A stretch of DNA of 64,000 nucleotides from an uncultured Planctomycetota bacterium (GTDB taxonomy: Bacteria > Planctomycetota > Planctomycetia > Isosphaerales > Isosphaeraceae): positions 4,512,001 to 4,576,000 of the forward strand of contig CAVTTN010000002.1 in NCBI GenBank assembly GCA_963737655.1. Reading direction: 5' to 3'. Both the position numbers and the translations under genes were made by a program. A model generated the notes under the pieces. The model was given only the letters and a program-made list of their open reading frames with translations, searched no databases and was not told the DNA's origin. Numbering within the stretch: the first letter of the stretch is position 1; each line of letters starts with the position of its first letter. This document shows, piece after piece, positions 9,766 through 19,908 of the stretch.

Positions 9766-11934
9766 CTACTTCGCGGTCACCCTGGCCAGGAGCGAATCGA
9801 CCTCGCCCCAGAGCGCCTGCCACGCCTTGCGTTCGGCCTCGGGGAGCCTGGCCAGGGCGTCGGCGTCGCGGATTCCGGCGAGGTTGGGGTCATCCTTCCA
9901 GAAGTCGAGCCTCGCGGCCACGAACTTGCTGGTCTCCGGGGTCTTCTGATTGACGACGTTCTCCCAGATGGCGAGCTCGGCCCTGAGCCATCCCAGCGCC
10001 TGGGTCCGGAGCTTCGCCCGGGCGGCCTCGTCGGGCCTGGGGACGTCGTAACTCCCTCTGGAACCGGTCAACACTGCGGCGGACGCGGCGCGATAGCGAA
10101 AGGCCGTTCGATGGGCCTCGTCCAAGTTCGAATCCGAGGCGAGAGCCTCGGAGTACAGCCGTGCCGAGGTTGCGGGCAATCGCTTGAGGAACGCGTGCTC
10201 GGCGAGTTCCAGCCTCTCCGAAGGATCGATGTGTCGTTCGGCTCCGGTCAGGATCGAGACCAGGCGACGATTGAGCCGGCTGAGCCTCAGGTCGGCCTGC
10301 GCCTGCTCGTCGCGAGGGTCGTCCGCCAATCTCGCCTCGGGGATCGCCATCCCCTTGGCGTATGCCTCCAGCGCCAGGGCGGCCTCGCCGGACTGGAGCA
10401 GGGCGTCGCCGAATTTGTTGTACGTCTCCCAGAGGTCGCGGAGCGCCTTCCCGTTGCCCGGTTCGGCATGGGCCTGGGGCTCGCGGATCGCCAGGTCCTT
10501 GCCGTAGTACTTCACGGCCTCGGTGAGGTCGCCGTTCTGGAGGAGGGAGTCTCCGAGCTTGCGGTAGACGTCTCGGAGGTCCCGATTGGTGCGGGCGATC
10601 CTCTGGTTCAGTCCCAGGGCCGCGAACATCCCGACCGCCAGGCCCCCGAGCGCCACGAGGGACGTGATGGCCAGCGCCAGGGTCCGTCGGCGGCGCGAGC
10701 GTTCCACCACGGCGCGCTTGATCGCCTCCTCGGCCCGGGCAGCCTGTTCCGCCTGGCCGATCTCCGCCGCCCTCAGCCGATCCTGGACGCCGGAGAGGTA
10801 GGCCGAGATCAGGTCGGCGACCCGGCGGGCGTTCCTCGGGCGATCGTCGGCGACGGGCATCAGGCAGTGCCGGGCGACGGCGATCAGCTCGGGGTCGGCC
10901 CCGCAGGCGTCGAGGCGGGCGTAGGCGTCGGCCAGGTCGCCGCGTTCGGCCTTGGTCCGGATCGACGACAAAGTCTCCCCGATGTAGGCGGCCCCTCCGG
11001 TGAGGATCTGGCAGAGGATCGAGCCCAGGGCGAAGACGTCGGCCCGTTCGTCCAGTTGGTCGTTCTCCCCGCGAGCCTGCTCGGGAGGCACGTACGCGGC
11101 CTTTCCCATGAACAATCCCCGCTCGTCGCGAGGGCCGGGGCCACCGGGGTTCCGCAGGGTCTGGATCTCGCTGACCAGGGGCTCGATCCGGGATTCGTCG
11201 GCCTCTCGCGGGAGGATCTTGGCCAGGCCCCAATCCATCACCTGGACCTCGCCGAACCTCCCCACCATCACGTTCGACGGCGTGAGGTCGCGGTGGATCA
11301 CCCCTTTGGAGTGCGCATAGGCCATCGTCTGGCAAATCTGTTCGAATATCTTGAGGAAGCGGGGCTGGTCTTCGGTCGGCACGATTCGTTTCTTCAATAA
11401 CTCGTGGAGGTCGTCTCCCTTGACCAGCTTCATGGCGAAGAACGGCCGCTTATCGGGGAACTGACCGAGTTCGTGGATGGGCACGATCCCCGGATGCTGG
11501 AGTTGCCCGCCGATCTGAGCTTCCTCGATGAACCGGCCGATCATCTCTCGATTCAGGGCGTGATGCTCGAGCAAGACCTTGATGGCCAGATGACGGTTGA
11601 GGTCGCCGTCCTTGCTCTTGAGGATCACGCCCATGCCCCCTCGCTTGATTTCGCCGAGGATCTCGTAGCGGCCGAAGCCGTTCCACGCTTCGTGGGGACG
11701 GTCGGTCGTCGAGTCCTCCCAGGTCGGGGCATCGCAATCCACCTCCTCTCGGAGGACGACCTTGGAGAGGGGCCCGATCGACTTCTCGATCGACTTCAAG
11801 GTGCTCGGGCTGGTCGTCTCCGGCCACGAGTCGCGAAAGAAATCCTCGGGGGTGATCCTCGAATCCTCGTCGGCATCGCCGCTCACGAGTCTCTCCTTTT
11901 CCGAATCCGGTCCGCGTTGATCCGGGCTGCTCAT
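9766..11934 (-). CDS. Ser/Thr protein kinase with TM segment and TPR-like C-terminus
   Basis: GGMG, AIKVL, HPGIVPI, HRDLTPSN, DWGLAK, PEQ, DVFALG; C-terminal W..DP.LAG.RD...L..LP..ER..W..LW domain. Confidence 0.9.
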   Translation of the reverse strand: MSSPDQRGPDSEKERLVSGDADEDSRITPEDFFRDSWPETTSPSTLKSIEKSIGPLSKVVLREEVDCDAPTWEDSTTDRPHEAWNGFGRYEILGEIKRGGMGVILKSKDGDLNRHLAIKVLLEHHALNREMIGRFIEEAQIGGQLQHPGIVPIHELGQFPDKRPFFAMKLVKGDDLHELLKKRIVPTEDQPRFLKIFEQICQTMAYAHSKGVIHRDLTPSNVMVGRFGEVQVMDWGLAKILPREADESRIEPLVSEIQTLRNPGGPGPRDERGLFMGKAAYVPPEQARGENDQLDERADVFALGSILCQILTGGAAYIGETLSSIRTKAERGDLADAYARLDACGADPELIAVARHCLMPVADDRPRNARRVADLISAYLSGVQDRLRAAEIGQAEQAARAEEAIKRAVVERSRRRRTLALAITSLVALGGLAVGMFAALGLNQRIARTNRDLRDVYRKLGDSLLQNGDLTEAVKYYGKDLAIREPQAHAEPGNGKALRDLWETYNKFGDALLQSGEAALALEAYAKGMAIPEARLADDPRDEQAQADLRLSRLNRRLVSILTGAERHIDPSERLELAEHAFLKRLPATSARLYSEALASDSNLDEAHRTAFRYRAASAAVLTGSRGSYDVPRPDEAARAKLRTQALGWLRAELAIWENVVNQKTPETSKFVAARLDFWKDDPNLAGIRDADALARLPEAERKAWQALWGEVDSLLARVTAK

Positions 11935-12104
11935 GGTATCACGCGCGGGGGAGAGCGGCACCCTCCCTCTTTCGTGCGTCGAAGTTCGAGCGCGGTGCCG
12001 AATCCACGGATTTTCTCCCGTCAGTCCTTGTCGGAGGTGGCCAGCCCCGATAGCGTCGAAGGGTCGCCGGCCCGGCCCTCCCGACCTCCCGGACCCCTCC
12101 TCCC

Positions 12105-12962
12105 ATGACGGAACCCTCGATCGACGTCCTCGCCGAACTCCGCAGACTTCGCGACGAGCAGGACCGCCTCCGCCGAGGGCGGATCGGCGGGGTAGCCTGC
12201 CTTGCGATTGTCCTCTGCCTCCTCACGGCGGGCGCGAGGCCCGACGATGCCCCGAAAACCATCGAGGCGGCCAAGCTCGTCCTGAAGTCCCCGGACGGAA
12301 AGGTCCGGGCGAGCCTGGAATACTCCGAGAGGCTGGGAGGAGCGAGGCTGAACTTCTTCGCCCCGAACGGCGATACGCGGATCGCGATCGCCTCCCTGGA
12401 GAACGGCAACGACTCCCTGATCTTCTATGATCCGGAACAGAAATCGGGGCTCCGCGCCCAGCTCGGCGCCTTCAAGGGTCACGGCCTCCTGAGGTTCCTC
12501 GCCAGGGACCTCGACGGCTCCGTGCGATCGACCGTCCTCGGCAACATCGCGCCCGGGGCCGAGGGGCTGGCCATCGGGAGCCAGACGAAACCGCGGATCG
12601 TTCTCGGCCAGGACGAGGCCGGTCGGACAGCCCTGACCTTCTCTCGCCAGGGCCGGCCCGGCGAGGGCGAGATCCACCTCGGCCAGAACCCCGACGGCGA
12701 GGATTACCTGACGTTCCTCGAAGTTCCCCAACACCCTCGGATGGGGATCTCGCGACGGGATGGGACGTCGAGCCTGACCATGCTCGACGGCGCCGGGAAG
12801 CCCCGTCTCAACATGCAATCGGGGCCCGACGGGAAGTCGCTCCTCCGGCTCCTCGACAAGGACGGCAAGCCGACCACGATCCTGCGGGAGGACTCCGTGC
12901 AACTGCCGGTCCCGCTCCGCGAGGCGGCGCCGCCGGCCGAGCCTGGGGGCGTTCCCAAATGA
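12105..12962 (+). CDS. Hypothetical exported protein with beta-strand repeats
   Basis: N-terminal coiled segment plus TM, then repeated L...D..GK.R..L units; high GC3. Confidence 0.7.
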   Translation: MTEPSIDVLAELRRLRDEQDRLRRGRIGGVACLAIVLCLLTAGARPDDAPKTIEAAKLVLKSPDGKVRASLEYSERLGGARLNFFAPNGDTRIAIASLENGNDSLIFYDPEQKSGLRAQLGAFKGHGLLRFLARDLDGSVRSTVLGNIAPGAEGLAIGSQTKPRIVLGQDEAGRTALTFSRQGRPGEGEIHLGQNPDGEDYLTFLEVPQHPRMGISRRDGTSSLTMLDGAGKPRLNMQSGPDGKSLLRLLDKDGKPTTILREDSVQLPVPLREAAPPAEPGGVPK

Positions 12963-13120
12963 GCGGGCGAGGAGGCGGCGAGATCCTCGGGGCGGCCCGG
13001 ATCGGACGCGTGGGGCGATGCTCGGATTTTCGCGTGTAGCAACTTGCCTGGCCTCGCCGGCTCCGCTAGCCTCGGGGAAGCGCGGGACACGGACTCCTCA
13101 TCCTCCCGGTGCCCTCCACC

Positions 13121-14299
13121 ATGCCGGACCTGAAATCGGCCGTCCTCGATCCGTTGACGAATCCGGGCAATGCGACGCCCGAGGCGCGCATCGATCTGAT
13201 CTACACCCGCTACACCGCCCTGATCGCGGCCTGCCGACAGCAGAACGTCTTCCACCTGCCGCCGTGGGATGCCCAGGGGACGCCCGAGCCGTCTCGGGAC
13301 GATGCCGTGAACTTCCTGGCCCGGTTCCTCGGGGCCGTCGAGGGGGAGAACAAGGCGGCTTTGGGCCTCCAGGGGGACCGGGCCGGGGCCTTGCGCTACC
13401 TCCGGGCCCAGGTCACCTTCTGGACCCGGGCGAACTTCCGTCGCTTCCACTTCATCAACCGCTTCCGATATGCGATCGAGCTGGCTTTGAGGGTCCGTCG
13501 GCCCCGCGCCGTCGATCAGGGCCAGGCCGTCCTGTGCGGGGCGGCGGCCGTCTACTCGGGATACCTGAAGCACGAGCCCCGGCCGGCCCTGAAATACGCC
13601 CTGGACCTCGCCGAGACGGGCCAGGCCACGCTGAAGGAATACAGGTTCTCGATCATCGAGGACGTGGTCGATTCCGCCGCCATGGGGCGCAACGAGATGA
13701 TCCCCGTCGATTGGGTGACGCTCGCCGGGCTCCGCTACCACTTCGAGCCGCTGGCCTGGGTCGCCGCCAGGGGAGGGATCGACTCGAGCACGGTCGATGC
13801 CCTCCGCCAGTTGACCAAGCCCGGCCTTCTGACCTCCTGGCTGAACAACATGGGCTACCGCAACGTGGTCGATCGGACGTTCGGCCGATCCGGCTTCACC
13901 TGGAGCGCCCAGATCGCCAGCGGCATCACCCGGGCCTTCATGCACGGCAGCTATACCGGCGAATCCGACCCGGAGAGGAACCTGGGGCTGGCCGTGGCGG
14001 CGCTGAACGGGGGGGCCCTGGTCTTCCTCTGGGCGTATGGCGACCTCTCCGAGGAGACCCGGGTCCGGGCGCCTCATCAGGCCGTCGTCCCAGACCGGAC
14101 CGCCCAGGGGTTCGCCCCGAGCAACGACGCCATCGGGTTCCCCAAGCTCCACTGGACCCGCGTGACCCACCTGGCCGTCAACAACCAGGCCAATACCGTG
14201 ACGATCCGCCACTTCACCTGGGGCAATACTCGCCACGCCATGTTCGACAAGACAGAGTTCCTCAACGTCTACCTCGGGTTCATTCAGGCCGATCCCTGA
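13121..14299 (+). CDS. Hypothetical protein, possible papain-like cysteine peptidase
   Basis: 392-aa ORF with strong codon bias; DQGQAVLCGAA, LHW and FTWG motifs. Confidence 0.65.
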   Translation: MPDLKSAVLDPLTNPGNATPEARIDLIYTRYTALIAACRQQNVFHLPPWDAQGTPEPSRDDAVNFLARFLGAVEGENKAALGLQGDRAGALRYLRAQVTFWTRANFRRFHFINRFRYAIELALRVRRPRAVDQGQAVLCGAAAVYSGYLKHEPRPALKYALDLAETGQATLKEYRFSIIEDVVDSAAMGRNEMIPVDWVTLAGLRYHFEPLAWVAARGGIDSSTVDALRQLTKPGLLTSWLNNMGYRNVVDRTFGRSGFTWSAQIASGITRAFMHGSYTGESDPERNLGLAVAALNGGALVFLWAYGDLSEETRVRAPHQAVVPDRTAQGFAPSNDAIGFPKLHWTRVTHLAVNNQANTVTIRHFTWGNTRHAMFDKTEFLNVYLGFIQADP

Positions 14300-14381
14300 A
14301 GGCCCGGTGGCCCCGGGTTCGTTCGCATGATAGGCTTCGCCCGGACCGCCCCTTCCCTCCGGTTCCGACCGCGACTCGCTC

Positions 14382-15146
14382 GTGACGAACGCCCCCTCGC
14401 TGCCCATCGCCGTCGCGATCCCCTGCCATAACGAGGCCCCGGCCGTCGCCCGGGTCGTCGCCGAGTGGCGATCGGCGTTGCCCGAGGCCGAGATCGTTGT
14501 TTTCGACAATGATTCGACCGATGGGACCGGCGACCTCGCCCGATCGCTGGGGGTTCGCGTGGAGTTCGTGGCCGAACGAGGCAAGGGGCATGCGGTCCGG
14601 GCGATTTTTTCGCTCCTGGCCGACCGCCCGGCGGTGGTCCTCGTCGATGGCGACGGGACGTATCCGGCGACGGAGGTCCGTCGGCTCCTGGGGCCGGTCC
14701 TGGACGGCTCGGCCGAGATGAGCGTCGGGGCGAGGCGGCCGGTGGACCAGCCCGGGGCGATGTCGCCGGTCCGGGGGGTCGGGAACCTCATGATTCGCTC
14801 GGCCTTCCTCGTGCTGATCGGCCGGGGGCCGGGGGACCTGCTCTCGGGCTACCGGGTTTTCGGCCCGGCCTTCCTCAAGGCGTTCCGGCCGAGGTCCTCG
14901 GGGTTCGAGATCGAGACGGAGATCGCCGGAGAGGCCGTCGCCCGGGGGATGAGGACCGTGGAAGTGCCCGTCCCGTACTATCCCCGGATCGCCGGGACCG
15001 CCAGCAAGCTCCGCGCCTTCCGAGACGGGGCCCGCATCTTCGCCACGATCGCCGGGTTAGGGCTGAGGCTCCGGCCGTGGAGGCTCGGGGCCATCCTCGT
15101 CGCGTTGCTGGGGATCGTCGGCGTGGCGGTGCGACTGTGGCGGTAG
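14382..15146 (+). CDS. Glycosyltransferase family 2
   Basis: IPCHNEA, VFDNDSTDGT, GKGHAV, VDGDGTY, D.LSGYR, FEIETE. Confidence 0.9.
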   Translation: MTNAPSLPIAVAIPCHNEAPAVARVVAEWRSALPEAEIVVFDNDSTDGTGDLARSLGVRVEFVAERGKGHAVRAIFSLLADRPAVVLVDGDGTYPATEVRRLLGPVLDGSAEMSVGARRPVDQPGAMSPVRGVGNLMIRSAFLVLIGRGPGDLLSGYRVFGPAFLKAFRPRSSGFEIETEIAGEAVARGMRTVEVPVPYYPRIAGTASKLRAFRDGARIFATIAGLGLRLRPWRLGAILVALLGIVGVAVRLWR

Positions 15147-15203
15147 AGGAATGTGGTGGGAAGGATCGTGTCAGATGGGCTTTATAGTGCGATTTTCGTT
15201 TGG

Positions 15204-15314
15204 GCGTGGTGGTTGACTTCCGGACGGGCCTCTACGCCCCTCGTAGGGCGGGCCTTGGCCTGCCGTCGGTCTCGGCAGGCCAAGGCCTGCCCTACGAATG
15301 GTCAACCGCCTCGC
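15204..15314. repeat. REP family B doublet (15243-15295) inside an imperfect inverted-repeat wrapper
   Basis: GTAGGGCGGGCCTTGGCCTGCCG...CGGCAGGCCAAGGCCTGCCCTAC; wrapper GCGTGGTGGTTGAC / GTCAACCGCCTCGC. Confidence 0.75.
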
Positions 15315-15465
15315 TCCATCGAAACCCGCCCTGGAAATCCCCGGTGTTGGAATGGGATCGAGTAGGTCCGACTTCAGTCGGGCCTACAAAACGAGGCAAC
15401 TTTGTAGGCCCGACTGAAGTCGGACCTACTCGGTCGACCTCTTCGATCGGAGTTGCCTACGGAGC
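15313..15465. mobile_element. MITE-like element copy 2 with REP family A doublet (15362-15429)
   Basis: Same REP A arms; its right flank is the reverse complement of the left flank of the 19909 copy. Confidence 0.75.
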
Positions 15466-15521
15466 CGATCTGCCACCCTTGTTCCCGCCGATTTCGATTC
15501 CTCGCCCCGTCCCCGGCCCGG

Positions 15522-17933
15522 TCAGAGCAGCGTCCCCAGCGCTTTCTTGAGGGCTTCGGAGGTCACGGGCTTCTCCAGGTAGCCCTGGACTCCGGCCTCG
15601 CCGATCCGTCGTTGGTTGTCGGCGGTGACGTCGCCGGTCAGGGCGAAGATCGGCGTGGAGCGGAGGGTGGGGTCGGCCCTCAGGGCGAGCGTGGCGTCGA
15701 TGCCGTCCATCCCGGGCATGTTGATGTCCATGAGGATCGCCAGGGGGCGTTCCTGCCGGGCGATCTGGAGGGCCTCGTCGCCGTCGGCGGCTTCCAGGAC
15801 GCGGTAGCCCATCCGCCGGAGGAGCCGCCCCAGGGTCTGGCGGCTGTCCTTGTGGTCCTCGGCCACGACGATCGGGCCGGTCGTGGCCGAGGCGGTGGGG
15901 CCGTGGGGCCTGGCCTCGTCGGGTTCGCCGTCGACGAGGATCGAGTCGGGCAGGGCCAGGGTGAAGGTGCTCCCCCGGCCCACGGCGCTCTCCAGGACGA
16001 TCTCGCCGCCGAGGAGCCCGGCCAGCCTCTTGCAGATGGCCAGGCCCAGCCCGGTGCCCTCTCCGGCCGGTCGCCTCGGGTTCTCCAGGGTGGCGAACTC
16101 GTCGAAGACCCGGGCCTGGTCGGCCGGGGCGATCCCGGCGCCGGAGTCCTGCACCGAAACGGTCAGCCGGCCCTGGCTCCGCCCTCCGTACAGGCGGATC
16201 TGGCCGCGATCGGTGTATCTCAGGGCGTTGGAGAGGAAATTGGAGACGATCTGCTTGAGCTTGGCGCGATCGGTGGCGACGGTCAGCTTGACCAGGCCGT
16301 CGGGCTCGAACCGGCAGCCCAGGCCCTTGAGCCTCGCCTGGGTCTCCACGCTGGAGAAGCACTCGGCCAGCGCCGCTTCCAGGACGAACCGCGACGGCTC
16401 GGCCGGCATCGCCCCGGCGTCGATCCGGGTCAGGTCGAGCAGGTCGCCGAGCAGGTCCAGGACGTTCTTCACCCCGTTGCGGATGGTCCGCAGGCACTCG
16501 ACGACCTCCGGGTCGTCCTGGTCCTGAACGTGCATCTCCAGGAGCTGGGCCGAGAGCACCACGGCGTTCAGGGGGGTCCGGGCGTCGTGAGACAGGGCGG
16601 ACATCAGCCGCGTCTTGTGCTGGGAGGACTCCTCGGCGAGCCTCCTCTGGCGGTCCAGGGCGTCCTCGAGCTCCACCTGCTCGGTCACGTCCAGGCTGGT
16701 GCCGAGGTAGCCGAGGTACTGGCCCGAGTCGTCGAGGTAGGGGACCCCTCGCGAGGTGATCCAGCGGTACTGGCCGTCGGCCCGGCGGACGCGGAACTTC
16801 CGGGCGAACGGCTCGCGGTTGTCGAAGGCCGCGCGGAAGATCTCGACGACCGCCGACCGGTCCTCGGGGTGGACGACCTGCATCCAGCCGCCCCGCTCGA
16901 CCTGCTCGGGCGAGAGGCCGAGGTAGTCGAGATACGTTTGATTGACGAAATCGTTGCGGCCGTCGGGACCGGTCCTCCAGATCATCACCGGGGAGCGTTC
17001 GACGATCGCCCGGTGCTGGGCGGCGAGGTCGGCGAGCCTGGCCTCCATCGCCCTCCGGGTCGTGACGTCCTGGGCCACGGCCACCGCCCCGACGATCGAC
17101 CCCCCGGGGCCGGGCAAGGGGGCGGCGCTGACGGTGACGACCCTCACGCAGTCGCTCTGCGACCAGAGGACCTCCTCCTGCTCGATCTTGGCTCCCCGCA
17201 ACGCCCGGGACAGCGGGAATTCCGCCGGCAGGTATCCCGAGCCGTCGGGCCGGTGGAGCTCGAAGACCGGGGTCTTCTCCAGGACGTTCAGCCGGCCGAC
17301 GGTCGCCTCGGCCGGGAACTGCTGGAGCGCCTCGGCCTCGCGATTGACCTCGATGATCTTGCCGTCGGAATCGGCCACCCAAACGCCCACGGGCAGGCTG
17401 GCGAGCAGGGCCCGGAGCTTCCCCCTCTCCGACTCGGCCTCGGCCTGCGCGACCTCCAGGGCGAGCTTGCCGGCCTCGGCCTGGGCCAGCGCCGTCTCGG
17501 CGGCGGCCTGGCTGTCCTCGTGGAACTGGCGGACGCTCTCGGCCATCGCCTCGTTCAGCACGTCGTCGATCGCCGCCTGGGCCGACTCCAACGTCGTCAG
17601 GTCGAAGTCATTCTCCCGGGCCGAGGCGAACGTCGCCTGACTGAGCGCCGATCGCAGGTGCCCGAGCTCGGCCACGACCTCCGAGACGTCGTATCCCTGC
17701 TCATACCGCATCCGCCCGTGCTTCTCGGCCACGCTCGAGACGTCGACCGGCTGGCCTCGCAGCCGATCGGCCATCCGGTCCAGGAGGACCGGGACGTGAT
17801 CGAGGAATTGTTGATAGGTGAGCGAGCCGGACCGAGGCACGTCGCCGGCCTGGCGGACGGCCTCCTGCCAGGTCCCGATGATCGAGTCAGTCCGGTCGTC
17901 GAGGTGTTCCGCCACCAGGACGGGGCCATTCAT
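15522..17933 (-). CDS. Hybrid sensor histidine kinase (RsbRD-N-like, 2 PAS, HisKA, HATPase, receiver)
   Basis: H-box SHDARTPL, N-box NALRYT, DSGAGI, GTGLGLAI; receiver AED..., MDINMPGMDG, KP. Confidence 0.92.
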   Translation of the reverse strand: MNGPVLVAEHLDDRTDSIIGTWQEAVRQAGDVPRSGSLTYQQFLDHVPVLLDRMADRLRGQPVDVSSVAEKHGRMRYEQGYDVSEVVAELGHLRSALSQATFASARENDFDLTTLESAQAAIDDVLNEAMAESVRQFHEDSQAAAETALAQAEAGKLALEVAQAEAESERGKLRALLASLPVGVWVADSDGKIIEVNREAEALQQFPAEATVGRLNVLEKTPVFELHRPDGSGYLPAEFPLSRALRGAKIEQEEVLWSQSDCVRVVTVSAAPLPGPGGSIVGAVAVAQDVTTRRAMEARLADLAAQHRAIVERSPVMIWRTGPDGRNDFVNQTYLDYLGLSPEQVERGGWMQVVHPEDRSAVVEIFRAAFDNREPFARKFRVRRADGQYRWITSRGVPYLDDSGQYLGYLGTSLDVTEQVELEDALDRQRRLAEESSQHKTRLMSALSHDARTPLNAVVLSAQLLEMHVQDQDDPEVVECLRTIRNGVKNVLDLLGDLLDLTRIDAGAMPAEPSRFVLEAALAECFSSVETQARLKGLGCRFEPDGLVKLTVATDRAKLKQIVSNFLSNALRYTDRGQIRLYGGRSQGRLTVSVQDSGAGIAPADQARVFDEFATLENPRRPAGEGTGLGLAICKRLAGLLGGEIVLESAVGRGSTFTLALPDSILVDGEPDEARPHGPTASATTGPIVVAEDHKDSRQTLGRLLRRMGYRVLEAADGDEALQIARQERPLAILMDINMPGMDGIDATLALRADPTLRSTPIFALTGDVTADNQRRIGEAGVQGYLEKPVTSEALKKALGTLL

Positions 17934-18069
17934 GGGCGGTTCCCTGCTCGGAGCGGTTCAACGACGATTCGCAAGACCCAGGCCGCACCAAGGGTTCCGA
18001 GGCCTCGGGGGGGGAGGATCGAGCACGGCGGGCCCGCGACGGCGCGGATTCGGGCGGTGAGTGACCCTT

Positions 18070-18099
18070 AGTATCCCCGCCGCGCCGAGCCGATGTCAA
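18070..18099 (-). promoter_or_regulatory. Putative sigma70 promoter for the kinase
   Basis: Minus strand TTGACA-N18-GATACT, about 140 nt upstream of the start. Confidence 0.4.
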
Positions 18100-18474
18100 G
18101 CCAATCGGGCGCCCCGCCGCGGCCGTTTCCTCCCCGGCGGACGATTCTCCCCAAGGGGCTTGGGAGGCACGGGTTCCGTCCCCCGAACCCGCGGGGCCTG
18201 TCCCGAGACCCCCAAGACGGAACCCGTACCGGGCAAACGACATCCGTCCGAAAAATCCCAGGGAAGGAAGCGGCCCCGGGACGGCCCCGACCCCGCTTTC
18301 CTCGTCGATCTCCCACAACGGAATCGGCCCCGATCGTGTCGTTTTCGATCACCAGACGCGCCCGTCCGCCGGGCCGCGACGCCCCGGAAGGGACTCGAGT
18401 CGAACGCGTGATTCTTCATCCCTTTGATTTTCGGATCGGAACACGTTCCTCTTTCCCGGGGCATGACCCGGTCC

Positions 18475-18502
18475 TTGACCGCCCGGGGCGGTCCTGTAGA
18501 CT
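18475..18502 (+). promoter_or_regulatory. Putative sigma70 promoter for the aldo/keto reductase
   Basis: TTGACC-N16-TAGACT, about 60 nt upstream of ATG 18564. Confidence 0.4.
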
Positions 18503-18563
18503 GAGGAGTCGCGTGGACCGGGCGGCTCGTCACATCGGGACGGCAGACGGAAGGATCACGGCC

Positions 18564-19775
18564 ATGAGTCATGACTCTCACGACGTTTCTCGCCGGGACG
18601 TGATGCGATTGGGGGCAACGGGAGTGGCCGCGGCGAGCATGGCCGGCCTGCCCGTCCTGGCCGATGACAAGCCCGCCGCGGACACGCTGCCCAAGCGGCG
18701 ATACGGCCGCACCGGCCTCGAGATCGGCTGGCTCGTCGGCGCGTCCGACTGGACCAAGGAGCTGATCCCCAGGGCGGTGAAGGCCGGGGTCAACTACTGG
18801 CACAAGGCCCATATCTGGAACGCCAACACGCTCCCGCCGGCCCTGAAGACGCTGCCCAGGGAGTCGTACTACCTCGAATGCGTCGTGGACCGCGTCAACG
18901 GCGACCACACCCGGGGCAAGATCGACGAGGAGCAGCACTACCAGTTCGTCAAGAAGCGCCTGAAGGACGCGGGCGTCGGCTACTACGACGTCTTCAAGTT
19001 CCACTTCGGCTACCACTCCATCGAGGAAGCCAAGCAGAACCCGGGGATGGTCCGGGCCTTCGAACGGCTCAAGAAGGAAGGGCTGGTCAAGCACCTGGCC
19101 ATCTCCCAGCACCACTACAACTCCATCAACGGCGACATGGCCTGGGAGATCCTGACCTACCTGGCCGACCATCAGCCCTTCGAGGCCACCCAGTTCTTCT
19201 ACACCTACAACGACCGCAAGGAGGTGGGAGAATGGATCGACCTGGCCAAGAAGAAGGACATCGCGACGATCGCCATGAAGTCGATGGGCGGAGTGGGCCG
19301 CGCCGCCAGTGACACGAAGTTCCAGAAGCTCCTGGCGGACCCGAAGTACCAGGGCACCAGCCCCGCCTCGGCGATGGTGAAGTGGCTGAAGTCGAACCCG
19401 AACCTCACCGGCGCGGTGATCGCGATCAAGAATTTCGACCAGTTCCAGGAGAACGTGGGGGCCGCCGCCAGCCTGGCCATGGCCCCGCAGGATCACGCGA
19501 TGCTCGCCCTCCTGTCGGACTACAACAAGGGGCTGACCTGCCTCCTGTGCGCCCAGTGCGTGGCGGCCTGCCCCGAACACCTCGCGATCTCGGACGTCTT
19601 CCGCTACGAGCGGTACGCCTACGACTATCACGAGCTGCACCGGGCCCGATCGGAATACTCGACCCTGGCCAAGAACGCCACATCCTGCGTCGGCTGCGGC
19701 GACTGCCTCCCAACCTGCCCCCAGGAGATCGACATCGTCGCAAAATTGAAGGACGTGCACGACCTCCTGGGATGA
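18564..19775 (+). CDS. Aldo/keto reductase with C-terminal 4Fe-4S dicluster domain, Tat-like signal
   Basis: SRRDVM leader; LPKRRYGRTGL; LKKEGLVKHLAISQH; CLLCAQCVAACP and CVGCGDCLPTCP. Confidence 0.88.
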   Translation: MSHDSHDVSRRDVMRLGATGVAAASMAGLPVLADDKPAADTLPKRRYGRTGLEIGWLVGASDWTKELIPRAVKAGVNYWHKAHIWNANTLPPALKTLPRESYYLECVVDRVNGDHTRGKIDEEQHYQFVKKRLKDAGVGYYDVFKFHFGYHSIEEAKQNPGMVRAFERLKKEGLVKHLAISQHHYNSINGDMAWEILTYLADHQPFEATQFFYTYNDRKEVGEWIDLAKKKDIATIAMKSMGGVGRAASDTKFQKLLADPKYQGTSPASAMVKWLKSNPNLTGAVIAIKNFDQFQENVGAAASLAMAPQDHAMLALLSDYNKGLTCLLCAQCVAACPEHLAISDVFRYERYAYDYHELHRARSEYSTLAKNATSCVGCGDCLPTCPQEIDIVAKLKDVHDLLG

Positions 19776-19908
19776 TGGGAGCGAAAAGGGGGTCAGGAGC
19801 CGACTGACCCCTTTGACTCGACCCCCGCCCCGTTAAATTGGGGTCATGCCACACACCCCCGGGCCTCCGCAGTGGCAGCTCCTTAAGACCGAGACCGGCT
19901 CCAAACCT

